Positions 38,827-54,042 are shown, numbered from the stretch's first letter. The stretch is 64,000 bases of DNA from Octopus vulgaris (GCA_951406725.2 OX597823.1:43958001-44022000), one strand, 5' to 3'. The notes: generated by a model not told the origin, from the letters alone. Translations and numbers: made by a program.

Positions 38827-38944
38827 AGATATAGGGATCTGTAGTTTGTCAATATATGTGGGTGTGTGTGTATATATATATATGTATATATGTGTATATT
38901 TATATATATATATGTATATACATATACGTGTGTGTGTCTGTCTA

Positions 38945-38987
<43 letters not shown>

Positions 38988-39013
38988 GTATGTATGCATG
39001 TATGTATGTATGT

Positions 39014-39136
39014 ATATAAAATAGTGTACATTTAAACACAAAGAGAAATTACCTACAACAGGCAATTTCTATACATTAGGAGACAGTCATGTTATAGGTA
39101 ATTTACCTTTGTGTTTAAATGTACACTATTTTATAT
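39014..39136. repeat. Foldback inverted repeat, ~46-bp arms
   Basis: ATATAAAATAGTGTACATTTAAACACAAAG...ACCTACAACA versus TGTTATAGGT...CTTTGTGTTTAAATGTACACTATTTTATAT. Confidence 0.9.
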
Positions 39137-39273
39137 TGAATAATATGACGTCTATTCACTTTTTATACATGCTAGGCCACTGGTAGTGAAATTTGTAAAA
39201 ATTTACTACCCTATATTTATATATATACACATATATATAAGTATATATATGTATATCTATATCTATCTATCTA

Positions 39274-39387
<114 letters not shown>

Positions 39388-39607
39388 TATTCTTTTATTC
39401 TTATACTTGTTTCAGTCATTTGACTGCGGTCATGCTGGAGCACCACCTTCAGTCGAACAAATCGACCCAGGGCGTTTTGTAAGCCTAGTACTTATTCTAT
39501 CGGTTTCTTTTGTCGAACCGCTAGTTAACGGGGACGTAAACACACCAACATCAGTTGTCAAGTGATGGTGGAGGACAAACGCAGACACAAATGAAAAACC
39601 CACAGAT

Positions 39608-39680
<73 letters not shown>

Positions 39681-39903
39681 CATATATACATATATATATA
39701 TATACACATATACATATACACACAAACATATATATATACGACGGGCTACTTTCAGTTTCCGTCTACCAAATCTACTCACAAGGCGTTGGTCGACCCGAGG
39801 CTATAGTAGAATACACTCGCCCAAGGCGCCACGCAGTGGGGCTGAACCTGGAAACATGTGGTTAGGAAGCAAGCTTCTTACCACACAGCTACTCCTGCGC
39901 CTA
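39388..39903 (-). mobile_element. SINE family B, full length with expanded internal (TA)n
   Basis: Reverse complement is colinear with 25556-25970. Confidence 0.9.
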
Positions 39904-40349
39904 TAATATATATATATGTATATATATATATGAAACGATTTATAGTGAGCAGCAGAGAACGGAGAATAATTTCTGTGTGTCTTTGAAAATCATTTAGTTC
40001 CATCTCTGTCGCTAATGCATGAACTTAACATACAATTCACATTCTGTAGCGTAGAACATTTTTGCAACCAGTCAAATAAAAATCAATATTATGTAACATT
40101 CGAGTGAAACTGTTTCTTAGTTTCTTAATTACCATCTTATTCCGTGATTATTTATTTGATGAACGATCATACTTGTTTCAATGGAGTTTTGGAATGCTGA
40201 CAACAAAAACAAACAAAAAGTTTCAATTTGAAACTCAGTTTTCTCGGAAAGTCAGTGTAAGGTGTATCAACACATGATCTAATACAGTCTATTACCCACT
40301 ACACTTTCAAAAGTCATCTTTGAATCGATTAAAAAGCTGTTGTGGTCGC

Positions 40350-40419
<70 letters not shown>

Positions 40420-40438
40420 GTTGTTATTATTATTATCA

Positions 40439-40527
<89 letters not shown>

Positions 40528-41082
40528 GAGTGAGAGAGCAGTTCATGCCATCAAAGTGACACTGGGGTAAAATATACGAAGCCCAGTATACCCATCATGA
40601 CTACCCGTCTGATAAGGGTACACCAGGCACATGCATCACAACCATATGTGCACGATATGGTGATCTCATATGAAGATAAACAGCACATGACCTTGCAGGT
40701 GGGGCCCAGTTAGAATTTTCTTCTGGTCGAGTAGCCCATCCCACTCAAAAGGTCCTTGAATAAGGGTTATTTAAGGATGTTAAACGAAACACCCATGTTT
40801 CCGGAGGTGAATCATTTAAACCCCAAATAATCCCTCTCAACACATGGCTATGATGCTCCCCACTACTTCTGCTCGTGATCAGAGATGCACATATTGTCAG
40901 CCACTAAGGGACATGCTCAACTGGTTAAGGTCAAACAACTGACAAGCAAATCTGTGGTATTGAGCAGAATATTTGCTGTAGTCCATCTTTTATACCAAGA
41001 CAAAACAATGTACATGATAACACTTCCAATCAGTTAAAATCAGAAGCCATGAGAGCCACTGCCTGGTACTGCATCAGGGCAT
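40528..41082. mobile_element. Non-coding ~550-bp element embedded in (ATT)n
   Basis: Sharp boundaries with long (ATT)n on both sides; its left end GAGTGAGAGAGCAGTTCATGC recurs at ~41172 (GAGTAAGAGAGCAGTACATGC). Confidence 0.55.
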
Positions 41083-41106
41083 TTATCATTATTATTATTA
41101 TTATTA

Positions 41107-41162
<56 letters not shown>

Positions 41163-41189
41163 TATATTATTGAGTAAGAGAGCAGTACA

Positions 41190-41482
41190 TGCAGTGTTGA
41201 GAGCAATATATAGGCGAAAACCAAAACAGTCTACGCCAAAGGATGACCCTACATAGATCCCAGACTGAAATTCGGGAATACAGAAAAATAGCATTTAGTG
41301 AACACATTGACATTTGCGCCACAAACGAACAACCCAACTTCAAAATTTTTCCCCTCTATAAATTCAGGGATGATGCAACTTATAATCAACGCATTAGCAA
41401 AGAGTCATATTTTATCACAAAATATAAACCCCTTTTGAATGCTTTCACCACAAATGACATTACTACAAGGGTCTTAGAATAA
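41190..41482 (+). pseudogene. Penelope-like GIY-YIG endonuclease C-terminal fragment
   Basis: EQYIGE-frameshift-SLRQRMTLHRSQ...FSEHIDIC...QRISKESYFITKYKPLLN (YIG, R, H, E and PxLN motifs). Confidence 0.8.
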
Positions 41483-42126
41483 TACCCATACAAATATTAA
41501 AAACGATATATTCAGATCAGTTACTATCCATGAATTTATTCAGAACAATTCCAGTCACAACTACTATAACCACAACAGGTCATTTTTAGTATACTTGACC
41601 ATTTAAGAAGACTCTAGCAACAGCATATTAATGTCATACCACTCCTGTCTTTTTCATATTATTTCTCTTCTTTTCCTAATCTCCCTGCTTCTTCTTCTTC
41701 TTCTTCTTCTTCTTCTTCTTCTTCTTCTTCTTCTTCTTCTTCTTCTTCTACGTTGCCTCCTTCCTCGGTTGCTGCTGCTGCTTAAACAATCAGAACCCAA
41801 ATCCCTCATGTTAAATATTTCTTTATATCTGCTACTACCTGCCTACCGAGCCTTTACAAAAGTTAAAGAGAGACAGACAGAAAAAAGGGGAAACGCCTCA
41901 CGTATTTGAGAACTATGAAAATATTCTAAAAAACATTTAATTTAATTTTTCCACTATTTAATTGTTTCACATGCTTTACTCTAAGTTGAAAAAGTCGCAA
42001 AGGCTGAAACCGGTACTAAAATGTTCTTCATGATAAAATTATTTTATCAGTTTCTACTTTGTCTTATTTTCCTTATACATATCAATTCGCGTGTTATTTT
42101 TCAACCTTTTACATTTACATATGTAT

Positions 42127-43333
42127 CAAGTTGAGTAAAAAGTAAGCAACGTTTTGAACCATGAAGAATTTTTACCGGATTTTGCAGTGTTTTGAATATG
42201 TTTGAAACAGTTTTTTCCAGTTGTCTGATAATACAGACATAGACTTGCCCAAATGCATCAATAAATTAACATTGATTTTTTTTTATCGTTGTTATAATCA
42301 TCTGAAATGGAACTGGCAAAGCACAATATTCGAGAAATTTTGCTATTCAACTCCAAAAAAGGACATAAATCCACTGAAACTGCTCGCGATATCAAGGAAA
42401 CGTTTGGTACGGAAATGACTAGTGAGTGGTCGGCTCGAAAATGGTTAAAACCATTTTGCAATGAAGACCTGAGCCTTAATGATCGTAAGCGTAGTGGACG
42501 CCCATCTATCATCGATGACGGTCAATTAAAGACCGTAATTGAAAAGGATCCACGTAAAACCACTCGAAAGCTGACAAAAGTTAGCCAGAAAACTGCCTGC
42601 AACCATTTACATTTGATCTGATGGGTACCACACGATTTGAATGAAAATCAGAAAATGCGCAGATACGAAATTTACTCTTTGCTTCTTCTTCGTAACTAGA
42701 CCGGTCCATTTCCCAACTGTATTGTTCTTTGCGATGAAATATGGATTTTGTACAATAAAAGAAGCGTTCTTCACATTGGTTGGACCAAAATAAAGCACCG
42801 AAACCCTATCCTAAACCTGAACTCTTCAAAAAGAAGGTTATGGTGACTGTTTGGTGCTGTACTGCCGGCCGGGCTCATCCACTAAAACTTCTTAAAAACA
42901 GGAAAAACTATTACTACAGAAACATATTGCCATGAAGTTGCCAAAATGAACGAAAAATGTAACTCCTCCGCCTCAGACTGATCAACAGAAGGCCAGTCAT
43001 TCTTCATGACAATGTTTCACTAATGACGCTCCAAAAGTTGAAAAAACATGGCTATGAAGTTCTTCCCCACCAGGTTTTTTCTACTGAATACCACTTTTTC
43101 AAGCACGTTAATGGTTTCCTGTGAGAGGAGTTCAAAAATCAAACCGATGCTGAAAGTGCGTTCAAAGAGTTCATCAGCTCCAGAACTCCAGATTTTTTTA
43201 TATTACCGGAATAAACAAACTTGTAATTCGTTGGCCAAAATGTGTCGATTGTAATGGTATTTACTTTGATGAATAAAATTTCCGCATTGTTGAAATATAT
43301 TGCGATGAAATTCAACATAGCAGCAGTCTAATA
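42127..43333 (+). mobile_element. Decayed near-full-length mariner
   Basis: MELAKHNIREILLF...RSGRP, WVPHDL, LCDEIWILYN, ILHDN, EYHFF, RWPKCVDCNGIYF; TIRs are degraded. Confidence 0.85.
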
Positions 43334-43354
43334 ACTGGCACAAGTAAAAGGTAC

Positions 43355-44684
<1,330 letters not shown>

Positions 44685-45297
44685 ATATATATATGAATAT
44701 GAATATATATATACACACACACACACACACATATATTATGTTCATATGTGAGTGTGCATTCATGCGTACATAACTATGTATGTATACAGTCAAAAGGTGA
44801 GAGCTATATATATATATATACATACACACACATCTGTGTCTGTGTAAATGTGTATATTATGTTTTGTTTTGCATTAGACGTTGCGATGTTGAATGAATAA
44901 CTTATATCTGTATGGAGTGTGCATCTGAAAATATCCACAACTCCAAGCATTTAACATCTATTTTCATATTCCGTTGCTGCTGGGCGAGAACGCTGCAAAA
45001 CAAATACAAAAATTAGAGAGAAAAATCGATCTTTTCTTTAAATTATGCATGCAATGTTCTGTATTTCAAATGGAAATTGAGTTCTTCTGCCTAACTAATC
45101 AATACTTTATTAAATTGTGTAGAAAATTGAAAGAAATGATACATTGATATATACACTTGTACCTGTTTTAGCACAAGAACTGTGGCCAAGCTAGGACGGC
45201 GCTTATATGTCTTTTGTTTGTTTTTGTTTTTGGTGGTTTTTTAGGTTTTATGATAATTTTTTTGCTACATTTTCACTAATCTCTGATTTTTCTTTGT

Positions 45298-45675
45298 TGT
45301 TTTACTTGCTTCAGTATTTGGACAGCAGCCTTGCTGGGGCACCCCTTGAAGGATTTAGTCGAACAAATCGCCCTCAGTACTTAGGTTTCTTTAAAAGTCT
45401 GGTGTTTATTCTATCAGATTCTTGCTGAACGGCTATTTGACGGGGACGTAAACAGGCTAACACCGGTTATTAAACGACGGTGGGGTACAAATACAACATA
45501 GACTCAAAGACACAAACACACACATATGATGAGCTTCTTCACCGTTTCTACCTATCAAATTCATTCACAAGGTTTTGATTGGTATTACAGAAAACATTGT
45601 TACAAGCAGTTGGACTAAATCCGAAACCACATGGTTGCAAAGCGAACTTCTTAACCATACAGCCATGTCTGCGCT
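45298..45675 (-). mobile_element. Decayed SINE family B
   Basis: Colinear with the reverse complement of 25556-25970. Similar decayed copies at 50488-50650 (+), 53655-53980 (-) and 56055-56330 (-). Confidence 0.7.
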
Positions 45676-45699
45676 TTATAGTTGGCATTTGGTGGCTGA

Positions 45700-45910
45700 C
45701 GGAGTTTGATGTTGCTGCCCTCATTTATGTTTCCAGGCTGTGATGTTGACTCTTGATCGTAGGAGATTCAGTCCTGTTCTGAAGACATCTACATCAACTC
45801 CATGTAAGTTACTCAAGGCTTTCGAGAAGACAGTGATGAGCTGAATCCCAAATTTTTGCAGTATCTGGTCCTGTATTTTGATACGAAGGGCGGGACGTTT
45901 TGCACAATCC
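45700..45910 (-). mobile_element. CR1/L2-group LINE 3' end
   Basis: SKALSNLHGVDVDVFRTGLNLL resembles the NxLPxxLRN...FKxxLDxxL C-terminus of CR1/L2 ORF2. Confidence 0.6.
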
Positions 45911-46103
45911 AATGACTCCCAAATATAAGTATTATTTTACCATTTTTTTTATGATGGCTTAACTGGCCGAAACTTCGCAGTTACTGACAAAATCTATTCT
46001 GTTTGAGAATACTAAATTAGTACTCTACAAAAGTATAGACTAACCCAACAGATTAATGTAAATTTGTTTTTATTATACGTGAACATATAAACAAACATTA
46101 ATG

Positions 46104-46186
<83 letters not shown>

Positions 46187-47414
46187 TTATATTTATATAT
46201 ACATACATAAGTAACGTAAAAGAAACTCTCAGTCCTTGAGTCACTTTTGTTACGTCAGCCTATTAAAAATAGAAAATATAATCGTTTATTGATATTCAAT
46301 TATCTTGTTTATACTACCAACCCAATATGTGTGTGTGTGCGTGTGTGTGTGTGTGTGTGTGCTTGCGTGTGTGCGTGCGTGCATGCGTGCGTGTGTGTGT
46401 ACGTGTGTGCCTGTGAGTGAGTGGGTGAATGTGTGTGTGTATGTTATATATTTTATATGTATATATTATATAGATATAATATATATATAATATAGATATA
46501 TGCATGAATATATGTATATAAAAAGACTTTAAATAAATAACTCAAATGGCTCGTTTCTTTTATTCCTCAATATCATTTCCTTACTATGATACAGTGATCA
46601 GTCTCTTTACTACCTGGCAAAGAGAAAGAAATTAAATAATTTTACTTCTAACAGAAACAACAAAGTGTTCTCTACATAATTAGAACTATCGTATAAGACC
46701 CCATGATTAAGATAAAGGATTTTTCTAATAAAGATTTGGTATTTCGTAACCAATTGATCATGTTGACGTTAAGTCTTGTTGAAAGAGGACAAGTTTGGCA
46801 AAAAACAATATGGCTTAGCCGGAAACAATAATCAGAAAAACTGTTTCATATATATGTCACATATTCTCATATTATTACTATTCACGCGTTCTTTCACAAA
46901 AACTCTGAGGTCATATTTTTAAATATTTGTTGATGTTGCTATTGATATTGAGAAAAATCAATAGTAAATACTGTAAATTCTTGTAAATATTCCAGATCTA
47001 TTTGTTCAACATATCTATTACTAATCAATAAAGAGGTAAACGTTCAGACGAGGCAGGAATATACGGAAGACGAGTCAGTAGTCAGTTATAGCAAGAGGAA
47101 ACGGCAATTGTTCCAAAGAAATAACTGGCCGAACCAGAAAGCCAGGCTGTTGCTGGGTTCGATATATTATTCGTTGATCTGAATTGAAATTCCGTTGAGG
47201 TCATTTTTGCCTTTCCACGTTCCGAGTATAATATGAGTAACTGTAACTTGCCTTCCTTAGACTTCCTTAGAAGTGGCAGGACTGCCGTTGTGACATAAGG
47301 TATATTTCTTTGGTAAGGAGGTGCGCTTTTAGAAAAACAGGGAAATAGGTGAATCAAAGAATAAACTTCAGTAGAAGACTGGCAGTACATTTATCGACAA
47401 TGAAACGATAGAAG

Positions 47415-47730
47415 TGAAGGCGCTTGGTTAGGATATTGCACTCACACACGCAAGATCATTGCTTCGATTCCTTGACTGAGTGGGATGTTGTGATCTCGAC
47501 TAAAACACTTCATATCACGTTGTTCTTGCCCACTCAGTTGCAAATGAGTAACCCTGTAATAAACTGGTGCCCCTTTCAGAGGTACACAGTGTACCAAGCG
47601 TCAAGTGCCGAAATGATCGCAGAGCAACGTGAAATGAAGTGTTTTTGTCCAAGAACACAACGTAACACCCGGCCTAAGAATCGAAACCATAATCTCATGA
47701 TCCTAAGTGCAACATCCTAACCATTAGGCC

Positions 47731-47731
<1 letters not shown>
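47415..47731. mobile_element. Two family A-related SINE halves in inverted orientation
   Basis: GGTTAGGATATTGCACTC...GCTTCGATTC on + pairs with GAATCGAAACC...AAGTGCAACATCCTAACC. Confidence 0.7.
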
Positions 47732-47732
<1 letters not shown>

Positions 47733-47761
<29 letters not shown>

Positions 47762-47906
47762 AAGAAGAAGAAGAAGAAGAAGAAGAAGAAGAAGAAGAAG
47801 AAGAAGAAGAAGAAGAAAAAGAAGAAGAAGAAGAAGAAGAAGAAGAAGAAGAAGAAGAAGAAGAAGAAGAAGAAGAAGAAGAAGAAGAAGAAGAAGAAGA
47901 AGAAGA
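47733..47906. repeat. (GAA)n microsatellite
   Basis: Directly visible. Confidence 0.95.
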
Positions 47907-48347
47907 ATCCGTAGCGAATAACGAACATGACGTGCGTGTACGTGCGAGCTCTGTGCGAAGTAAGATTAAATCTGTGATCATTAGCAAACAGGATTTAAGA
48001 AACAGCAAAAAAATATGAAAGAAAATCGTTTCTTACTGTAAATCATTTCAGGACGCCGAAATATTTCTCTCTTTATGAAAGAAACATAGTTACTGTCAGG
48101 CACGTTGTCACAGAAAGACAAGAGTGTGAAAATGTAAACAACACGCGGAGATGCGATTTGCCTCTACAAAAATTGAAGCAATACGCGAGAATGCGACATC
48201 GTTACAGGAAAAAAAATAACTGTGAATACAAATAATCGTAAATGCAGTTTCATTTCTACACAAATACACATAAAAGTAATGCTTATATGATTCACACATG
48301 TACCCGTTTATTTCGTACATAAACAAGACAACGAAGAACACACAGTA

Positions 48348-48742
48348 GAAGCGCAGGATTGGCTGTGTGGTAAGTAGCTTGCTTACCAACCACATGGTTC
48401 CAGGTTCATTCCCACTGCATGGCACCTTGGGCAACATTAAAGAACACAAGGACTCGAGTTCTGTCCTACTTGATGGTATTTTTACTTTTATCATAACCTC
48501 TGGTTGACTCAAGCCATTGTAATTTAAATAAGTCATACGGAAACTGTGTGGAAGTCGGTTGGATAGATTGTACCTGTGATTTAAAGGCTCCTGTAAATTA
48601 AAACCGTGTCTATTCCATCCGTGGATTACGTTCAGGATACATGCATTTGTGGAATACTCAGCCACTTACACGCTAATTCGACGATCAGGCTGTTAAATTG
48701 ATCAAACAACTGAATACTCATCGTCGAAACGGACGGTGATCC
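48348..48742 (+). mobile_element. Chimeric SINE: family B head plus type-1 3' module
   Basis: GCGCAGGATTGGCTGTGTGGTAAG...CACCTTGGGCAA, then later GTGGAATACTCAGCCACTTACACGCTAATT...CATCGTCGAAACGGACGG as at 327-420. Confidence 0.6.
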
Positions 48743-49287
48743 ATTTTATTCTATCCTTAAATTATTTAGTTTTGTGCTAATGTGAGATATCATTTATTAA
48801 TGAGTTTCAGTTCGATTATATTTCCTATGATTTTAGAAGAAGGAGAACGTGAATGAAACAATTTCCTATATTATTTCCCTAATATTCTCAATCTAGATTT
48901 TTATTAGGCGTAAAATATGTTATTATTACTGAAATCTGATTGATTAAATTGATTATGGCTTCTCAACTAAAACAAAAGATTTTGTGTCTCGATGAAAGAG
49001 TTGTTTAGATGTCATAGATTATAGATGAGGACCACCTTAAGGCCTAAAACGTTTAGCTGACTTATTCGCTCCCACAGGCAGATATTTTTTCACCCATCCA
49101 TGATTGACAGAATAAGTAGAACAGGTGATACACGATCAGTGATTATGCACATTTGCATATAAAATAGAGGAATGAAAATATATTATTACCATTATATTAT
49201 TACCAAATGGCGGTGCCCCAGCATGGCCACAGCTCGTGAGCTGAAACTAGATAAAATAAAAATAAAAATAAATTATAGTTACAGGGA

Positions 49288-49690
49288 AGGTGGCGAGCTG
49301 GCAGAATCGTCAGCACACCAGGCAAAATACTTAGCGGTATTTCGTCTGCCGCTACTTTCTGAGTTCAAATTCCGCCGAGGTCGACTTTGCCTTTCATCCT
49401 TTCGGGGTCGATTAAATAAGTACCTGTTATGCACTGGGGTTGATATAATCGACTTAATCCGTTTGTCTGTCCTTGTTTGTCCTCTCTGTGTTTGTCCCCT
49501 TGTGGGTAGTAAAGAAATAGGTATTTCGCCCGTCTTAACGTTCTGAGTTAAAATTCCGCCGAAGTTGGCTTTGCCTTTCACCCTTTCGAAGTCGATAAAA
49601 TAAGTAGCAATCAAACACTGATATCGATGTAACTGACTAGCCCCACCTATCACCACATGTATTTCAGACCTTGTACTTATAGAAGAAGAC
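49288..49690 (+). mobile_element. SINE family C partial dimer
   Basis: Full unit, then junction AAAGAAATA|GGTATTTCG identical to the one at ~13847. Confidence 0.85.
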
Positions 49691-50672
49691 GTTATCATTA
49701 TAGCTAGTGGGTGTAGAATGGCAGAATTAAGCAGCAAAATGGTTTTCGGTATTTAATAAGGGCGAGTCTCTCCGACATGTTACCTTCATAGTTTCCACCA
49801 GCCTGTTTTAAGTCACAATACTTGGATCGATTCGAATGAAAATGAAGGATCGGAAACTACGAGGAAACTCATCTGATAACCTGTAGCTGTTCTTGGTTGG
49901 TAGACTTAACTGCCGTCAAGATTAACACCATCACTTGATCTGTGTAAGTTTTTAGCGCAGTCCACTCTGATGCGAACTGGGAAAAACTTAGTATTGAATA
50001 TTGCTGCTTCTTGCCACAACTCAGATCCTTGGTTCCTACCTCTATTTCTCACACCAGTCTTTGAAGTCAGACAAAAAATATTATGATACTGCGGCTCCAT
50101 ACAAAACCTTCCTTCTTCTTATGTTTAAATTATGCCTAGTCGACTTTGCTTTTTATCTTTCCGGAAGCAATAAGAGTAAATACCAGTTAAGGATTAGAGT
50201 CAATGCAATCGACTATCATACTAAAATAAGTGTCCTTGTGCTTGTGTTAAAAAAATACTTCATCATTGTGATGTTTCTTTGAATGTTTTGTTGTTTTATT
50301 AGTAACGTCTCTGACAACTTAAGTGAAAACATTGAAAACAATGAAAAATATGATATACCAGTCAGTAACACGCCGTGAGCAGTAACTACACAGCTGCCAT
50401 TGTTTGTTGCCTATGTGATAGTAATTGTAGGGTAGAGAAGACTGAATAATAAGGAAGCCACAAACAGAAGAGTTTAGAAAGCATATTAGGTGCGCATGCG
50501 TGGTTCTGAGGTTAAGAAGTCTGTATCGATACCACGTGTATCGAGTTTGATCCCGTTATGTGGATTCTTTGACATGTGTTGTACCAGAGCTTAGGATTCT
50601 CCAATGCTTTGTGAATGAAATTTCATAGATGAAAATTGAGGAAGCCTGTTGTATACAGACAGACCGACAGAC

Positions 50673-50783
<111 letters not shown>

Positions 50784-53700
50784 TCGCATTGTATTTGATA
50801 AAGAATATTTTTTTTTAATGTATTGCCCTCGATTCACATATGTAGAGTGATATATATTTTGATACAGTTTTATGAAGCACAGATCATTTATTGTGGTTAC
50901 TAAAAGTTTTTTTTACAATTCTTGTTTATTCAATAATATTTTGAAAAAAATACTTTGGAAAATAAATCGTTTCTGCTTCCGTTAAGGTGTATAACTCTTC
51001 GATTGTACAAATATTCATCTTCCCTTAATAGTGCAATGAGTTTCAAATGTTAATAGCGGAAAACATTTTTAAAAAGAGAAAACGGATAAATCGAAGATAG
51101 AAAAATAAGAACCGGAATTGAACAAATATAGACTTAAATGAGATCAATAATTGAAGGGGAAGGAGTAGTGAACGTAATAACAAAGAGGAAAGGAAGGAAT
51201 GACAAGAACGAGCAGGGAAATGAATAATAATGAAAAACGAAACCAGAAAATGTTGCTAGGTTTCGTGAGATGAGAGATTATAAGGTCGAATAATTTGACG
51301 TTTGAGAACGGAAGTGTTCAGCAATACAAGAACCTAATTTCACGGGAGGCTATGTTTGCATTACTTGGACCTGCCGTCCACAAAGACATTCAAACATAGT
51401 GCTCTTGAACTATTGCAGTTAGTCATAAGACATAATAGTAAGTGTCATGCTTTTGTTTTGTTTGAAGGGGTCTATGTAGCCGCGGCGAGTGGACATAGAC
51501 ATCCTCCAGACTCTTCCATCTTTGAGTGGAACATCTAGAATGTGATAGCCTGAGTGAGAGAGAGAGAGAGAAAGAGAGAGGGTGGAGGTATGTTCCAACT
51601 CTACACCGGGAACAATTTTAGGTGAAATGACTGGAGCAGCATCAGGTAAAATGCCTTGCACAAGAAAACAACGCACCGCCCAGTTTATGAATCGAACCTG
51701 CCAGCTTATGATTGTGATCCCAATATCCTAACCACTAGACTACACGCCTTTGTATGAAAACTCCTGAAGATGAGGATGAAAGGCAGAAATGTTACATTAC
51801 CAGTTCTGCAGCCTAATGATTAGGTTTCCTCTTCATGTCCACAAAATACTCCCTTATAAGCTGATAACCCTCTACTAATCTTATGAGCAATTATTAATGA
51901 TAGTGCTGAACACATCTGAGGGATGGTTCTGAAGTTACAAACACAGACGCCTGAAACAACCTTGATGCAGCTAAAAGATGTTTCAACTCAACTGATAAGT
52001 AAATATTTACTCACCATAACAGAACACTACAGCTATTGATTCACAGTCTTGCTGTTTATTCTTGCTAACTCGTTTACCAATAACATATCGCTTTTCTTTT
52101 GAATTAACAGGTTGCCTACACTGTTTGCCCTACTCCACCGACGTAGCTATCTCTTCTTATGAACCCTTCGCTCCCTTGTCCCTCATCCCGTATCCTGGAC
52201 TAAATCCACCATTCATTTCCCTCAGGTTTTCCTCCTTTAATTGCGTTTATTTACTTTATTTTCTTTTTTCCTATCAAATTTCAAACTGAATATTAAACCG
52301 AAATATGTTACCCACTTTCGAGGGTCTAAAATGTCAAAAACTCAGTATTTCCTGCAAATAGCTAAGTTATTATCAAACAAAAGAGAAGCGAAAAACAGAA
52401 AAGTGCGACAACATCAAACAGGGAACAAACGAAGATAAGACGATGGTTAAACTGCAAAGAGCATATAGCATTGTGTCGGAGCCTGACATCTCACATCACC
52501 AAAACTACTAAAGCTCAAACATAGAAAATATACGCCTCACCAGTACAGATATCCTTCCTACTTCAGAGATTTCTAAATGGAAAGAAGATATGTCGTATTT
52601 ACAAGTGTGTAAGTGCCCCCCCCCCCCCGCCTAATTTAGTGTTAAATCTTGGTAGAAAAAGGTTTCGTGGCCAAAAGTTTGAAACGTAGGTCTGAAAATT
52701 GAAATTTTTTTGCATTAAATGCCCAAAGTTATATCTAACCTGCAATGTATTATTATTTGGCCAAAAGTTTGGAATATCGGTCTGAAATTTATTTATTATT
52801 ATTATTTTTTTGTTCTAGATATTGAAGCATTGGATCAGCTATTAGATACGTATTTGAATCGAATTGTACTTGGACATTACAATTTTAATTTTTAAACGAA
52901 TGTTCCAAACTTTCGGCAACGACTGTAGTTCTAGCCTTGCCCTGTGTGTAAGTCACACCCTAGATTTTTGGGGGCTTTTTGTTGTTTTTTTTTCAGTTAA
53001 AATCAAGTATAGAATAGTTCTACATATACACGAGGCACACACTAACAAAACACACTCCCAGCAACCTCTGTCTCGGGCAGCAAGTCAGCTACGAAACATT
53101 TACATCCGGTGTGTTAGGGGTTCTAAAAGGTGGAAACTGATCCCAAGAAAGGTTCTCTCGACATATTGATCTCGAGAAGGGTCAATAAAAGCAGTAGCTG
53201 TCATGAACTATGATTGGTTCAGATCTTTCGTTTTCGCTTATAGACATTGAACATATATCAAATCAAATCGATATCTGACAATCGTATTTCTCCACCCACT
53301 ATCGATGAACCCAAAGCCTTTTCAATAATAAATCGAAATTTACTGGACAATACCCATCGCTATCGATTGCGCCTTTCATATCGATTGTTAATCGATCAAA
53401 TAAGTACTTGTAGTTGCTGTTGTTGCTGTTTTTGTCCTTTTTACTGTTGTTGTCGCTGTTGATGTTGTTATTGCTGCTGTTGTTGTTGCTGTTGTGACTG
53501 TTCTTGTTGCTTTGGTGCAGCTACTGTTGTGCTGTTGTTGCTTTGGTGCTATTGCTGTTGTTGTTGTTGCTGCTGCTGGTGCTGCTGATGTTGTTAACGC
53601 GAAATCAAACTTGATTAAATAGATCTGTAATCAAAGGAACTCCACCTATTAGCTTTTATTTTATACTTGCTTCAGTTATTAGACTGCGGCCATGTTGGGG

Positions 53701-53990
53701 CATCGCCTTGAAACATCTGTAGTCGAGTGAACACATCAACACCGACTGTCAAGCGGTGGTGGAGGACAAGCATGCGTACACACACCCACATACATATATA
53801 TATGTATATATATATATGTACGACAGGCTTCTTTCAGTTTCCATCTGCCAAAACCACTTACAAGGCTGAGGAGTGCCTGAGGCTATTAGTCGAAGACTCT
53901 TGGCCAATGTACCACACAGTGGGACTAAACTCTGAAATATATGATTGAGAATCAAGCTTCTTACCACACAACAACGCCTATCCATCTTTT

Positions 53991-54042
<52 letters not shown>

